From the NCBI GenBank assembly GCA_048882505.1, contig JBHLRO010000002.1, positions 90,001-122,000 of the forward strand: a DNA stretch of 32,000 nt. Direction: 5' to 3'. The notes beneath the pieces were generated by a model that had not been told where the DNA came from, ran no database searches, and saw only the letters and a list, made by a program, of their open reading frames with translations. A program made the translations under genes and the position numbers. Origin of the DNA: Candidatus Thorarchaeota archaeon (lineage in GTDB: Archaea > Asgardarchaeota > Heimdallarchaeia > Hodarchaeales > Hodarchaeaceae). Below are positions 17,785 through 28,036 of the stretch, in pieces (within the stretch, counting starts at the first letter, position 1; each line of letters opens with the position of its first letter).

Positions 17785-19242
17785 ATGGTACAAGTATACT
17801 CAATGTATATTGATGGTGAATGGGTTAAATCCTCAAGTGGTGAGAGTTTTTATGATTATAATCCGTACGATGGGAGTCATTATGCAACTGTTCCAAAAGG
17901 CACTAAAGATGACGTAAAGAAAGCAATTGACGCAGCATACGAATCAAAAGATTCCTGGGCGGCATTATCCCTCAATGAGAGGGCTTCATACCTAGACAGG
18001 GCATATGATGCATCTGTTTCAATGAAAGACGATTTAGTGGAAGTGCTGATTAAGGAAGCAGGATCCATCTTTAAGAAAGCAGCTATTGAAGCTAAATTCT
18101 TTACTCCTCTTATAGTTCGCTCGGCTGCAGAGGAAGCCAGGCGTGTTGCTGGCGAAATACTTCCTTCTGACGAAAACCTGTTTTCATTAGTTATTAGGCA
18201 ACCTGTTGGAGTAGTAGCAGCCATAACTCCTTTTAATGTCCCCCTTGTACTCTCAATGAAGAAAGTTTTATATGCATTGGCTTTTGGGAATACAGTTGTC
18301 CTCAAACCATCCAGTGAAACTCCAGTTATAGGTTTGAAAGTTGCTGAGCTTTTTGAAAAAGCAGGACTTCCTAAAGGAGTTCTTAATGTTGTAACAGGGC
18401 CGGGTAATATTATTGGTGAGGAATTGGTAAATAATCCCAAAGTATCACATATTTCCTTTACCGGAGATACGACAACTGGTCGTAAGATAGCAGAACAGGC
18501 TGGCAAACAATTAAAAAAAGTGACGTTAGAGTTAGGGGGGAGTGATCCTTTAATTGTATTAAAAGACGCAGATTTGGATTACTCCGTGGATGCGGCGGTC
18601 TTCGGTGCTTTTTTCCATCAAGGTCAAAATTGCATATCCGCCAAAAGGCTTATTGTTGAAAAACCGCTCGTTAAGGATTTTACAGAAAAACTGGTAAAGC
18701 GAGTCTCCGTACTTAAAGTAGGTGACCCTTCTCTACTTGAAACGGACATAGGCCCTTTGATTAATAGAACACAGTTAGAAAAAGTTCACTCTCAAGTTCA
18801 AGATGCTCTTGATAAAGGAGCGAACCTCCTTTATGGGGGCAAATACGAAGGCTTGCTTTACTGGCCAACTTTGTTGAATAATGTGTCTTCGGATATGAGC
18901 ATTTTAAACGAAGAAGTTTTTGGTCCTGCACGACCCATTGTTACTGCAGAAGATGCGAACGATGCGGTACGAATTGCTAACGACACAACATATGGTTTAT
19001 CCTCAGGGATTATAAGTAATAATACAGCTTTCGCAACCGAATTGGCGAGAAAACTAGAAAATGGTATGGTTCATATTAACGACTCACCTGTTCATGACGA
19101 ACCAAACGCCCCATTTGGCGGTGTTAAAGGAAGTGGAATGGGTAGAGAAGGGGGTAAATATTCCATGTTTGAATTAACAGAAACCAAGTGGATAACGATT
19201 CAATCCCCTGGTAAAAAATTCCCGAAGTTTTTTTCTGCCTAG
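17785..19242 (+). CDS. NAD(P)-dependent aldehyde dehydrogenase
   Basis: ITPFNVP, LKPS, FTGDTTTG, LELGG, catalytic GQNCIS, EEVFGP and PFGGVKGSGMGREGG. Confidence 0.95.
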   Translation: MVQVYSMYIDGEWVKSSSGESFYDYNPYDGSHYATVPKGTKDDVKKAIDAAYESKDSWAALSLNERASYLDRAYDASVSMKDDLVEVLIKEAGSIFKKAAIEAKFFTPLIVRSAAEEARRVAGEILPSDENLFSLVIRQPVGVVAAITPFNVPLVLSMKKVLYALAFGNTVVLKPSSETPVIGLKVAELFEKAGLPKGVLNVVTGPGNIIGEELVNNPKVSHISFTGDTTTGRKIAEQAGKQLKKVTLELGGSDPLIVLKDADLDYSVDAAVFGAFFHQGQNCISAKRLIVEKPLVKDFTEKLVKRVSVLKVGDPSLLETDIGPLINRTQLEKVHSQVQDALDKGANLLYGGKYEGLLYWPTLLNNVSSDMSILNEEVFGPARPIVTAEDANDAVRIANDTTYGLSSGIISNNTAFATELARKLENGMVHINDSPVHDEPNAPFGGVKGSGMGREGGKYSMFELTETKWITIQSPGKKFPKFFSA

Positions 19243-19399
19243 AAAGCGTCTAGTACGGGGTGATCCCGTCCTACTTGGTTTCCAAGTGCATTTAAAGGAT
19301 TCGAGTTGGAGAGACCGCAGACTCATATAATTTAAACTTTCTATCCTTGATGTGCACTGATGGGTTTGGATGGCTTTTTGAAACTAATTGGTGATATGA

Positions 19400-21229
19400 A
19401 TGTCAGTAGGGACAGCGGTTTTACTCAAAAAAGAGGGGTCTCTTGATTTTGCCTATCCTCGATTTGCTTTGCGCTTAGGGGGAGCTGCAGGGGATGGCTT
19501 GCAGCTGGCTGGGCTTTTGTTTCAGAGGTTTTTAAACCGCCTTGGATATTACGTCTTTGGGTTTCCGGGAACGCAGTCAACGATCCGTGGCGGCCATGTT
19601 TGGCAGCATGTTGAATTTTCCTCAGAAGCCCTGCACAGCTTTGACCGTCCTATAGATCTGTTGGTCGCATTGACGACTGAAACACTAGAAATTCATTTAC
19701 GTGACCTCAAACAGAATGGTCTTCTCGTAGTGGACTCGGATAGGGTGAATACACAAGACTATGCCGCAGAAATCAAGACTCGGGGGATAGCTCTATTTGA
19801 AATCCCACTCAAATCATTAGCTCGAAGCATCGATCGAAAAACCCCCGTGTTAGCCAATTCAGTTGCAGCAGGAGCAATAATCCAATTACTGGGATTGGAA
19901 AGGTCTGAATATGAAATGACCTTAGAAAAGCACTTTTCTGGCCGAACACGAGTTATTCAGCTGAATTTGGATGCTTTGGACGCGGGAAGCCATTTCTTTA
20001 ATGAAAACTACCAGGTCTCGTTAAACCTGACAGTACCTAGTCTGCCCCCTATGCGACGTTTTGTAATTAGCGGAAATCATATGGTTGCATTGGGTGCAGT
20101 CGCAGCGGGATTGAAATTTCTCGCCCAATATCCGATCACGCCGGCCTCTTCTATCTTGACTTATCTAGCTCAGAATGCCAGACGCTTTGGGGTGGTGGTA
20201 AGACAAGCTGAGGATGAGTTGGCAGCTATACCTATGTGTATTGGCGCTTCATTTGCGGGAGCACGCGCGATGACCGCCAGTTCGGGGCCCGGATTGTCTT
20301 TGATGTCTGAAGCCTTCGGATATGCGGCCATGACCGAAACTCCTCTCGTTGTAATCAATTCAATGCGCGCAGGACCCTCCACAGGAATACCAACCAAGAT
20401 GGAACAAGGAGATCTGGCCTCTGCAATATACATGTCCCACGGGGAGGCACCTCGCGCGATTTTTGCTCCACGGACAGTCAAGGAATGTTTTGAGATCACT
20501 ACACGAGCATTCAACCTAGCGGATCGTTTTCAGCTCCCCGTTATAGTTTTGTCAGATTTCAGCCTCTCAGAGCGGACGACCAACCTTGAACCTTTCGATC
20601 TGGATGATGTGGAACGCGATCGGGGCAAGATATGGAATCAACCCACCTCTGAGTTTCCTGAGTTCGCTCGTTACCGTTTTACTGAAGACGGGGTTTCTCC
20701 GCGCGCTTTCCCTCCTACAGAGGAGGCCATGTATATACTGGTAGGAGCGGAACACGATGAGAGTTCGCATTCTCTTTCGGGGAACCGGTGTGGACATCCC
20801 TCTTCCTGGGAGCTGCGAACCAAAATGTTTGGAAAACGTTTCAAAAAATTGGAGCTTTTACGCCAAGAAATGCGGCCTCCTGATCTCTATGGTTCTCCCG
20901 ATACTGACCATACTATCATTTGTTGGGGTAGCATTACAGGAGCCGTCCGCGAGGCAGTTGACTTGCTAAATGCTGAAAATCGAGAAAGCTGGAATGTACT
21001 TTCATTTGTCGATCTGTTTCCACTTCCCTATAAGAAAATCAAGCCCTTCCTCGCCAATATTCACCACGCGGTGCTTTATGAAGTGAACTATACGGGCCAG
21101 CTGGAAAACCTTATTCACCAGTATTTGGACTGGCGCCCGGACGAACGGGTTCATCCACTGTCGGGTGAAACTCCCACGCCGTCAGGTATTTTTCAGGAGA
21201 TCCGAGAGCTTATTGATTCCCATCATTGA
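19400..21229 (+). CDS. korA: 2-oxoacid:ferredoxin oxidoreductase alpha subunit (gamma-alpha fusion)
   Basis: GGAAGDG, STIRGG, YPITPAS, QAEDELAA, TASSGPG and RAGPSTGIPT. Confidence 0.92.
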   Translation: MSVGTAVLLKKEGSLDFAYPRFALRLGGAAGDGLQLAGLLFQRFLNRLGYYVFGFPGTQSTIRGGHVWQHVEFSSEALHSFDRPIDLLVALTTETLEIHLRDLKQNGLLVVDSDRVNTQDYAAEIKTRGIALFEIPLKSLARSIDRKTPVLANSVAAGAIIQLLGLERSEYEMTLEKHFSGRTRVIQLNLDALDAGSHFFNENYQVSLNLTVPSLPPMRRFVISGNHMVALGAVAAGLKFLAQYPITPASSILTYLAQNARRFGVVVRQAEDELAAIPMCIGASFAGARAMTASSGPGLSLMSEAFGYAAMTETPLVVINSMRAGPSTGIPTKMEQGDLASAIYMSHGEAPRAIFAPRTVKECFEITTRAFNLADRFQLPVIVLSDFSLSERTTNLEPFDLDDVERDRGKIWNQPTSEFPEFARYRFTEDGVSPRAFPPTEEAMYILVGAEHDESSHSLSGNRCGHPSSWELRTKMFGKRFKKLELLRQEMRPPDLYGSPDTDHTIICWGSITGAVREAVDLLNAENRESWNVLSFVDLFPLPYKKIKPFLANIHHAVLYEVNYTGQLENLIHQYLDWRPDERVHPLSGETPTPSGIFQEIRELIDSHH

Positions 21230-21245
21230 GAAATAGTGAGATACT

Positions 21246-22136
21246 ATGACGATAGATACTAATGAAGACTACGATAAACGGTTGTTTGTAGGGGAAGTAC
21301 GCCCGAACTGGTGCGGTGGCTGCGGTGATTATGGGTTGTTATCGGTAACGACCCGAGCTCTCGCACATCTTGGATATCTACCTAATGAAGTGGTCATCGT
21401 CTCTGGCATTGGTTGTTCGAGCTCGTTTCCTCACTGGACTACTGCATACGGCATTCACATGCTCCACGGACGCGCGCTTCCAGCCGGTCTTGGAGTAAAG
21501 ATGGTAAACCCTGACTTGAAGGTAATTGTGGTTGGGGGCGATGGCGATGGATTAGGTATTGGGGTGGGACATTTCGTTCACACCTGTCGTCGTAATCTTG
21601 ACATCACCTATATGATCATGAATAACCAAATTTATGGGTTAACAATGGGCCAAACTAGCCCATCCTCTCAGATAGGGCATCAGACAATTACTGATCCCGG
21701 AGGCGTAATTGAAAGTCCAGTGAATGCAGTAGCTCTCGCCCTCGGTGCTGGAGCCCCTTTTGTTGCGCGAGGATTTACAGGTCAAACTAACCATCTTCAG
21801 GTTCTTGTTGAACAGGCTCTTTCTTACAAGGGTTTTGCATTCATCGATGTGATAAGTCCATGTGTCACATACAACAAATTAAATACTTATTCATGGTTCA
21901 ATGACCGGATTTACACCCTCGAAGACACTACTCATGACCCTACTGATGTTACAGCAGGATTTAGCAAGTCCCAAGAATGGGGAGACAAAATCCCGATTGG
22001 GTTGTTCTATCGTACAGAGCGATCACCATTACACGAACTCGATCCTGTCACGCGGGATAGGAATCCCGTAAAAGAACCACTTGGATTTAAAGCACAAGGC
22101 ATTGATTCTGAAATGATTTTCAATGAATTCCGATGA
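21246..22136 (+). CDS. korB: 2-oxoacid:ferredoxin oxidoreductase beta subunit
   Basis: WCGGCGD, SGIGCS, LHGR, GGDGD (TPP binding), NNQIYGLT and SPCVT. Confidence 0.93.
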   Translation: MTIDTNEDYDKRLFVGEVRPNWCGGCGDYGLLSVTTRALAHLGYLPNEVVIVSGIGCSSSFPHWTTAYGIHMLHGRALPAGLGVKMVNPDLKVIVVGGDGDGLGIGVGHFVHTCRRNLDITYMIMNNQIYGLTMGQTSPSSQIGHQTITDPGGVIESPVNAVALALGAGAPFVARGFTGQTNHLQVLVEQALSYKGFAFIDVISPCVTYNKLNTYSWFNDRIYTLEDTTHDPTDVTAGFSKSQEWGDKIPIGLFYRTERSPLHELDPVTRDRNPVKEPLGFKAQGIDSEMIFNEFR

Positions 22137-22285
22137 TATCTGAAGAGCGGTAAATTATGTTTTTTCCTGTTTTTACTTCTTATATTGCTAAAATAATAGA
22201 AACCTAAAAGAATCGAAGTAATGCTCCTGCTACAGAACTCGGTAGTCGGAGATATCCGTCCCCACACCTGGAAAATCATCTATAT

Positions 22286-23083
22286 GTGGAGTTCATCTAT
22301 CAGGAGAATATAAAATTGTTCAAAAATCTCACACTAGAGACCAACGAAAATGGAATTACAACAATAACGTTCATTAGAGAAAAGGCCCTAAATGCATTCA
22401 ATAACGAGACAGTTCAAGAGCTAATAGCAGCCCTGTCTCAATTAACCTCATCCACGCGCGTACTGGTTTTTAAAGGCAAAGGAAAGGCCTTCGTTGCGGG
22501 CGCTGACATCACTGAGTTTAAAGACCGTACCATTACCAAAGCTAAAGCCCTTTCCCTTAGGCTTCAAGGTGTATTTAATACGATAGAAACCCTCTCCATT
22601 CCAACTATCGCTGCTATCAATGGATACTGTCTTGGTGGAGGTAATGAGCTCGCCATGGCATGTGACTTCCGTATTGCCTCAGATAAAGCCATATTTGGCC
22701 AGCCTGAGATCAATTTAGGAATTATACCCGGCGCTGGAGGCACTCAACGCCTACCTCGGCTGGTTGGAAAAACCATTGCTAAGGAAATGATTCTCCTCGG
22801 GGATCATATTTCTGCTCAGCGTGCGTACGATATCGGGCTTATAAATAAGGTCGTTTCTGTTGAGGAATTTGAGCCAACCGTAGATAAATGGGCTACTCGT
22901 TTGGCCCGTGGTCCACTTTTTGCTCTCGCTCAAGCCAAAGAAGCAATCGATCGGGGAACCGAAATGGCCTGGTTAGATGGGATTCAGATGGAATCTAACC
23001 TATTTGCACTCTGCTTTACACACCCCGATGTAATTGAAGGGGTTGAGGCTTTCCTTTCCAAACGGAAGGCCCAGTTCAAATAA
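22286..23083 (+). CDS. Enoyl-CoA hydratase/crotonase
   Basis: FVAGADI, GYCLGGGNELAMACDFR and FGQPEINLGIIPGAGGTQRL; both catalytic Glu residues are present. Confidence 0.93.
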   Translation: MEFIYQENIKLFKNLTLETNENGITTITFIREKALNAFNNETVQELIAALSQLTSSTRVLVFKGKGKAFVAGADITEFKDRTITKAKALSLRLQGVFNTIETLSIPTIAAINGYCLGGGNELAMACDFRIASDKAIFGQPEINLGIIPGAGGTQRLPRLVGKTIAKEMILLGDHISAQRAYDIGLINKVVSVEEFEPTVDKWATRLARGPLFALAQAKEAIDRGTEMAWLDGIQMESNLFALCFTHPDVIEGVEAFLSKRKAQFK

Positions 23084-23239
23084 TCATGAATGCCCTTACG
23101 ACTTCTTTTCTGGGGAGGCCCCATCCTTCAATGCATTGGGTGGCATGGTAATGTTACCCTTTGAGATCAGAGATGCCCTAGGGAGATCACATTGACCGAT
23201 ACTAATGTGAGGAGACCATAGTAAGCGGAAGCAAAAGTG

Positions 23240-23259
23240 ATTTCAAAATAATTTGAAAT
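23240..23259. promoter_or_regulatory. Palindromic operator candidate upstream of tusA
   Basis: ATTTCAAA-ATAA-TTTGAAAT, about 11 nt before a TATA-like TTTTTAAA. Confidence 0.4.
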
Positions 23260-23345
23260 GATTTTTCCAGATTTTTAAAGGGAGGAGCCAGCATGCCAAA
23301 CGGCGGATAAGAAGTCCCATCCGCATGAACTGAACCAGCAAGGAG

Positions 23346-23609
23346 ATGATTTGCTTGCAAAAAACAGAAGAAAAAATAGACTTGCGATTAGATGTAAGAA
23401 ATTTAATGTGTCCCCGGCCAGTACTAAGGGCCTATAAGACACTAAAAAAAATGGAACCTGGGAATGTATTGGAAATCATTGCAACTGCCAGATTAACCCA
23501 GTATAACATTCCATATATGGTTCGCATGTCGGGTAATGAATTATTGGCTCAGGAAAAAACTGACGCGAAAGAATTCCGATTTTTGGTTAAAAAAGTGAAC
23601 CCCAATTAG
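23346..23609 (+). CDS. tusA: TusA/SirA-family sulfur carrier
   Basis: LDVRNLMCPRPVL (CPxP motif) and GNVLEIIAT; 87 aa. Confidence 0.85.
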   Translation: MICLQKTEEKIDLRLDVRNLMCPRPVLRAYKTLKKMEPGNVLEIIATARLTQYNIPYMVRMSGNELLAQEKTDAKEFRFLVKKVNPN

Positions 23610-23636
23610 TGTAAAGACCCGTTTTAAAAATCCGTT

Positions 23637-24032
23637 TTACAGGTTTTCAGGTCGAATCGGCATTTGTTCTAACCATTTTAGCACGGTTTTCCCGAATTTC
23701 GTCCGATAATAGTACACATTCCCCGCACTATATTTGTCCTTAATGAGGAGGAATCGAGCCAAGTATGCAAGGTGATAAGATACTGCCGAATTACTAATCC
23801 CCAATTTATTCACTAATTCACAGACGCAATTTGGTTTCATATGCAGATACCATAATATCTTTAGGCGGATTGGATGGGAAAGGGCCTTCAACATGATCTC
23901 CTGATCTGCGGTCGTCTCTCCGTATTGGGTGACAATATGGTCGCGCTGTCGTTGCAAACGCGCTAGCCATTCGTTCCTGCGTTCGGGATCAATAGGACAA
24001 CAAAAATCCTCATGTTCCGTTTCTGCATCCAT
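23637..24032 (-). CDS. ArsR/SmtB-family transcriptional regulator
   Basis: LKALSHPIRLKIL, NCVCEL (alpha3 metal site) and SAVSYHL, with an extra N-terminal CCP. Confidence 0.88.
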   Translation of the reverse strand: MDAETEHEDFCCPIDPERRNEWLARLQRQRDHIVTQYGETTADQEIMLKALSHPIRLKILWYLHMKPNCVCELVNKLGISNSAVSYHLAYLARFLLIKDKYSAGNVYYYRTKFGKTVLKWLEQMPIRPENL

Positions 24033-24056
24033 TAGATTACTCTCCTTGTAATAGAT

Positions 24057-25013
24057 TCAATTACAACCCTCAGTAAATTCCGCAGAACTACAATTACAAT
24101 CAAAAAGATCGCATTCTACGTCATCCACATTCTCAAGGATTGTAGTAGGCGTTGAGGGGAATGCTGTGGACAACAAACTTTGCATGGTTTGTAAGCCATA
24201 ACGTTCACTGGCGTAGTGGTTAATATCAATTAAAGTGATACCTAGCTCACGGGCAATCGTTTCCACAACCCAGTTATGATCTGAGGAGACTAATATTCCA
24301 ACCCCGTATTCAGCCATCTCCATGATCATCTGATCAGTAAACCCCCCTCCTGGGATATAACCTATTGTGGGATTTCTACATTGAGGATTCACAATTACAG
24401 ATGGCTCCACATTTAAAGCATGGAGTTTGGTTACAAGTTCACCAATATCGTATTCCTTTTTCACAATTGCCCCCAAGTTTCGGATCCTATGTTCTTTGTA
24501 CGTTAGATCAACCTTTGTGAAATCTGCTCTTGTGAGGCCCACATGGTATAAAAACGAGTCCCCAATCCCACTTTCCATGACATCCCAAGCCAAATGGAAA
24601 TTGAAGATATTGAACTGATTATCTTCAGCTTGTTTTAACATCCCTCGGTAGATAGGGTTGTCATAACAACTGATCTTATGGTGACTGATCACCAGGCTGT
24701 TGGAGGGAACCTCCGCAAGATTGCGTGGATCCGGGTTAATCATCAAATAAATGGCATTTATTTCATCAATAGATTTGATTTCATACCCGAGAGACATTTT
24801 TGATCCTTCCCTGGAGATGTGGGTATACTCAAAATCATAGATGGGGGACCTGCTTTCCAAAAAATTGACCACATTATCGCTTAGCAGAGTTTTGCCAGGG
24901 ATAATCGGGACGTATCTTTTTATGCTCATTCTGACGGGAGAGGTAATTTGTCGAAAGGGAATTGCAGGTTCAATGTTGAGTTTCTCTAATGAATCTGCTG
25001 TCATTTGAAGCAC
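24057..25013 (-). CDS. Nif3/DUF34-family dinuclear metal protein with Cys-rich tail
   Basis: ISHH, FHLAWD, PGGG and HYASE metal-ligand motifs; tail CDLFDCNCSSAEFTEGCN. The start may be ATG 25004. Confidence 0.8.
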   Translation of the reverse strand: MLQMTADSLEKLNIEPAIPFRQITSPVRMSIKRYVPIIPGKTLLSDNVVNFLESRSPIYDFEYTHISREGSKMSLGYEIKSIDEINAIYLMINPDPRNLAEVPSNSLVISHHKISCYDNPIYRGMLKQAEDNQFNIFNFHLAWDVMESGIGDSFLYHVGLTRADFTKVDLTYKEHRIRNLGAIVKKEYDIGELVTKLHALNVEPSVIVNPQCRNPTIGYIPGGGFTDQMIMEMAEYGVGILVSSDHNWVVETIARELGITLIDINHYASERYGLQTMQSLLSTAFPSTPTTILENVDDVECDLFDCNCSSAEFTEGCN

Positions 25014-25072
25014 ACCGGGCTGGGCTTATAATCGAGTATTAATCGTTTTCGGTTCCTTAGGAGTGTTTTTTT

Positions 25073-25384
25073 CTAACAACACGTTTTGGCTGGATCTGAG
25101 TCATCAGGATCCTGGGAGGGTTGCGATGGACAGAGACTTTGCCCCGTCAAAATTGTGTCTAAAGCACCAAGGTTATGTTCATCTGCCTTCCGACGCACAA
25201 TATTGGCGTAACGGGCAATCTTCAGGATTTCATCATTCGTTAGACCGATTGCAAGACCCTGCTGCTGATGATAATCGAGGCAGGGAATGCAGCCCGCAGC
25301 CACGCTGGCGGCAATGAATGCAATTTCTCGCTCTCTTGTTCGTTGTGAATTGTCCTCTATGTCTTTGTTTTGCGTGAGTTCCAT
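25073..25384 (-). CDS. Carboxymuconolactone decarboxylase/AhpD-like protein with CxxC and a terminal CC
   Basis: REIAFIAASVAAGCIPCLDYH...GLTNDEI is the CMD/AhpD core; the protein ends KTCC. Confidence 0.8.
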   Translation of the reverse strand: MELTQNKDIEDNSQRTREREIAFIAASVAAGCIPCLDYHQQQGLAIGLTNDEILKIARYANIVRRKADEHNLGALDTILTGQSLCPSQPSQDPDDSDPAKTCC

Positions 25385-25798
25385 TTCGGGTAATCTGACT
25401 TTGAGAGGTATTTAAGGATGGAAACATGGTTTCAGGTCGATTAGAAATGCAAGGTGGATTTTTCTAATTTGCGTTCTATGATTGTAAAATCTAGCAAAAC
25501 CAATCCTAAAAAGGTTTTATTGAATTTAAAGATCCTTGAGAAATAAAATATCGTAGTTATCGGATCTATTAATAAGTTACATTGAATAATCCTATCTCAT
25601 TGAACTGTTTGATATTTTGGTTGAGTTCCTGTGGCTGATCAGAATGATAGCAAGATATGGAGGGATTGTATTTTGATATTACCCCTCTAGAGCGTTAAAA
25701 AGGAGAAAAAGTCCGATTACCATGCTCGCATTTATTAAGTTTAATCATTGATCTTCCGCTTGATTCCACCCATTTGAATATGGCAGTAGGAACCTGTT

Positions 25799-28036
25799 AT
25801 GCTAGTTAAGTCTCTGGCTATTGATGAAGATGCCAAAAAGTTCATCATCGAGCAGGATGGAATAAAGGAATTATATCCTCCTCAGAGTAAAGCTATAGGT
25901 CAGGGTCTGTTAGATAACCAGAACCTTGTGATTGCCATACCTACTGCCTCGGGAAAGACCCTGCTGGCAGAACTAGCGGCCCTCAAACATGTTCTAGAAA
26001 AAACGGGCAAAGTACTATATTTATGCCCACTGCGTGCATTGGCGGCCGAGAAATTCCATGCTATGAAACGTTTTGAAAACCTTGGATTACGGGTTGGCAT
26101 TACCTCTGGGGACTATGATTCTAAAGATCGGTACCTTCCCCGTTATGACATTATTGTCTCTACGAACGAGAAAATTGACGCACTCCTGCGACACGGAACA
26201 TCCTGGATTTTAAACCAGGTTAGTTTAGTGATTATTGACGAATTTCATCTCCTGGATGATCAACACCGTGGCCCCACTCTTGAAACTCTTTTGGCTCGCT
26301 TAAGATACGAAAACTCACAGGCCCAGCTATTGGCACTAAGCGCTACCGTAGGAAATGCCGATGAATTAGCGGAATGGCTTGATGCTAAGCTCGTCATAAG
26401 TGATTGGAGACCAGTTCCACTCAAGGAAGGTGTTTATTATGATAACTATATTACATATGCCGATTTTTCTACTCGCGAAGTGCCTTTTCGGAGAAAAGAT
26501 CAACTAATCAACATTGCTCTCGATTCAGTTCATAACGACGACCAGGTTCTTGTTTTCGCATCTTCGCGTCGTTCAGCCGAGTCAGCAGCCGAACGGATTG
26601 GCAAATTGATAGTTCCTTTGGTGACACCTCGGGATCTGAAACACTTGAGCGAAGTTGCGGGGGAGGCGGCGATAAATCTGACGGATCCGCTCTCAACCAA
26701 GCTAAGTGAAACGCTCAAGCGGGGTGTAACTTTTCATCATGCTGGGCTCAATTCCCAGCAGCGTGAACTGGTGGAGCAGGCTTTCAAGAAAGGGTATATC
26801 AAGATCCTCTGTTCCACTCCTACGCTGGCCTCCGGAATAAATCTACCGGCCAAGCGGGTGGTGATCGCCAGTGTGTATCGATATTCTGTCGAAGAAGGAT
26901 CTCATCCTATCAAGACCCTAGAGTATAAACAGATGTGCGGAAGAGCTGGCCGACCACAGTTTGACACAGAGGGGGAATCTCTTCTCCTAGCTAAAAAGGA
27001 GGGGACAGCTGGATGGTTATTGGATCGATATATTCGAAGTGGCCCCGAAACAATCTATTCCAAACTTGCAGCCAAACCTGCACTGCGGCGTAATATCCTA
27101 GGATTAATTGCATCAAAAGTCGTCGATAACCTCCCAGAATTAGGTGAATTCTTCGAAAAAACCTTCTATGGATTCCAGTTCGAAGTTAGTCTTCTTGTAG
27201 ATAAAATCAGGGATGTGGTTGACAATCTAATTGTTTGGGAGATGATAGAACCATTGGATGCAAATCAATCCTTGAGGGCTACCGTATTTGGCCGAAGAAT
27301 CAGTCAACTGTACCTGGATCCCGATACGGCAGCCACAATCGCAGCTGGCCTCGCCCTGACTACTAAGAAGGCCGCCCACCGCCTTCATGTCATCGCTCTT
27401 TTAGATCTCATCGTAGGTACCCCTGATATGCTTGAACTTTCATTTCGGAAGCAGGACTGGAAAAAAACTGAGGATCGTTTGTTAAAGCTTGAATCCAAGC
27501 TTGTTCTGGAAGTCCCCAATTCTTTAGATATCGACTATGAAATTCGACTTCGGGATTTCAAAACTGTTCTCTTCCTCTGGGATTGGATTCGAGAAGTTTC
27601 GATCGAGCGGCTTTTGCTCCGATATGGGATTGGATCGGGTGATGTGAGACGGATAATCGACACAGCTACCTGGCTTATAACAGCTATGAGTGAGATTGCC
27701 AAGTTAAAGGTTCATCAAGACAAAAACTACGCTCATCTTGCCAAACGTGCCAATGAACTCAGTGAACGTGTAACATATGGGATCAAACGGGATGCCGTCA
27801 GTCTGACCCGTATCCGCGGGATTGGCCGTAAGCGTGCTCGTGTTCTACTTGAACATGGGATTAAAGATGTAATCAAACTCGGATCTATGAATGTTACCGA
27901 GCTAACTAGAATTCCTGGGTTTGGAAAGGAACTAGCTAAGAGTGTTTTGGACGCTGCAAAGTCGTATGACATTCCAAAGGACGAGGAATCTCGGACTGAA
28001 TTTGTTAATGGCGATATTAGTGATTATTTATCTTAA
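25799..28036 (+). CDS. hel308: Hel308/Hjm (Ski2-like SF2) DNA helicase
   Basis: PTASGKT, IDEFH, LSAT, FHHAGL, TPTLASGINLPA, QMCGRAGRP and a C-terminal HhH (IRGIGRKRA). Confidence 0.95.
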   Translation: MLVKSLAIDEDAKKFIIEQDGIKELYPPQSKAIGQGLLDNQNLVIAIPTASGKTLLAELAALKHVLEKTGKVLYLCPLRALAAEKFHAMKRFENLGLRVGITSGDYDSKDRYLPRYDIIVSTNEKIDALLRHGTSWILNQVSLVIIDEFHLLDDQHRGPTLETLLARLRYENSQAQLLALSATVGNADELAEWLDAKLVISDWRPVPLKEGVYYDNYITYADFSTREVPFRRKDQLINIALDSVHNDDQVLVFASSRRSAESAAERIGKLIVPLVTPRDLKHLSEVAGEAAINLTDPLSTKLSETLKRGVTFHHAGLNSQQRELVEQAFKKGYIKILCSTPTLASGINLPAKRVVIASVYRYSVEEGSHPIKTLEYKQMCGRAGRPQFDTEGESLLLAKKEGTAGWLLDRYIRSGPETIYSKLAAKPALRRNILGLIASKVVDNLPELGEFFEKTFYGFQFEVSLLVDKIRDVVDNLIVWEMIEPLDANQSLRATVFGRRISQLYLDPDTAATIAAGLALTTKKAAHRLHVIALLDLIVGTPDMLELSFRKQDWKKTEDRLLKLESKLVLEVPNSLDIDYEIRLRDFKTVLFLWDWIREVSIERLLLRYGIGSGDVRRIIDTATWLITAMSEIAKLKVHQDKNYAHLAKRANELSERVTYGIKRDAVSLTRIRGIGRKRARVLLEHGIKDVIKLGSMNVTELTRIPGFGKELAKSVLDAAKSYDIPKDEESRTEFVNGDISDYLS
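27968..28036 (+). repeat. hel308 3' end, left copy of a 69-bp diverged direct repeat
   Basis: 58/69 nt identical to 29864-29932, with a 17-bp exact core AGGACGAGGAATCTCGG at 27978-27994. Confidence 0.92.
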
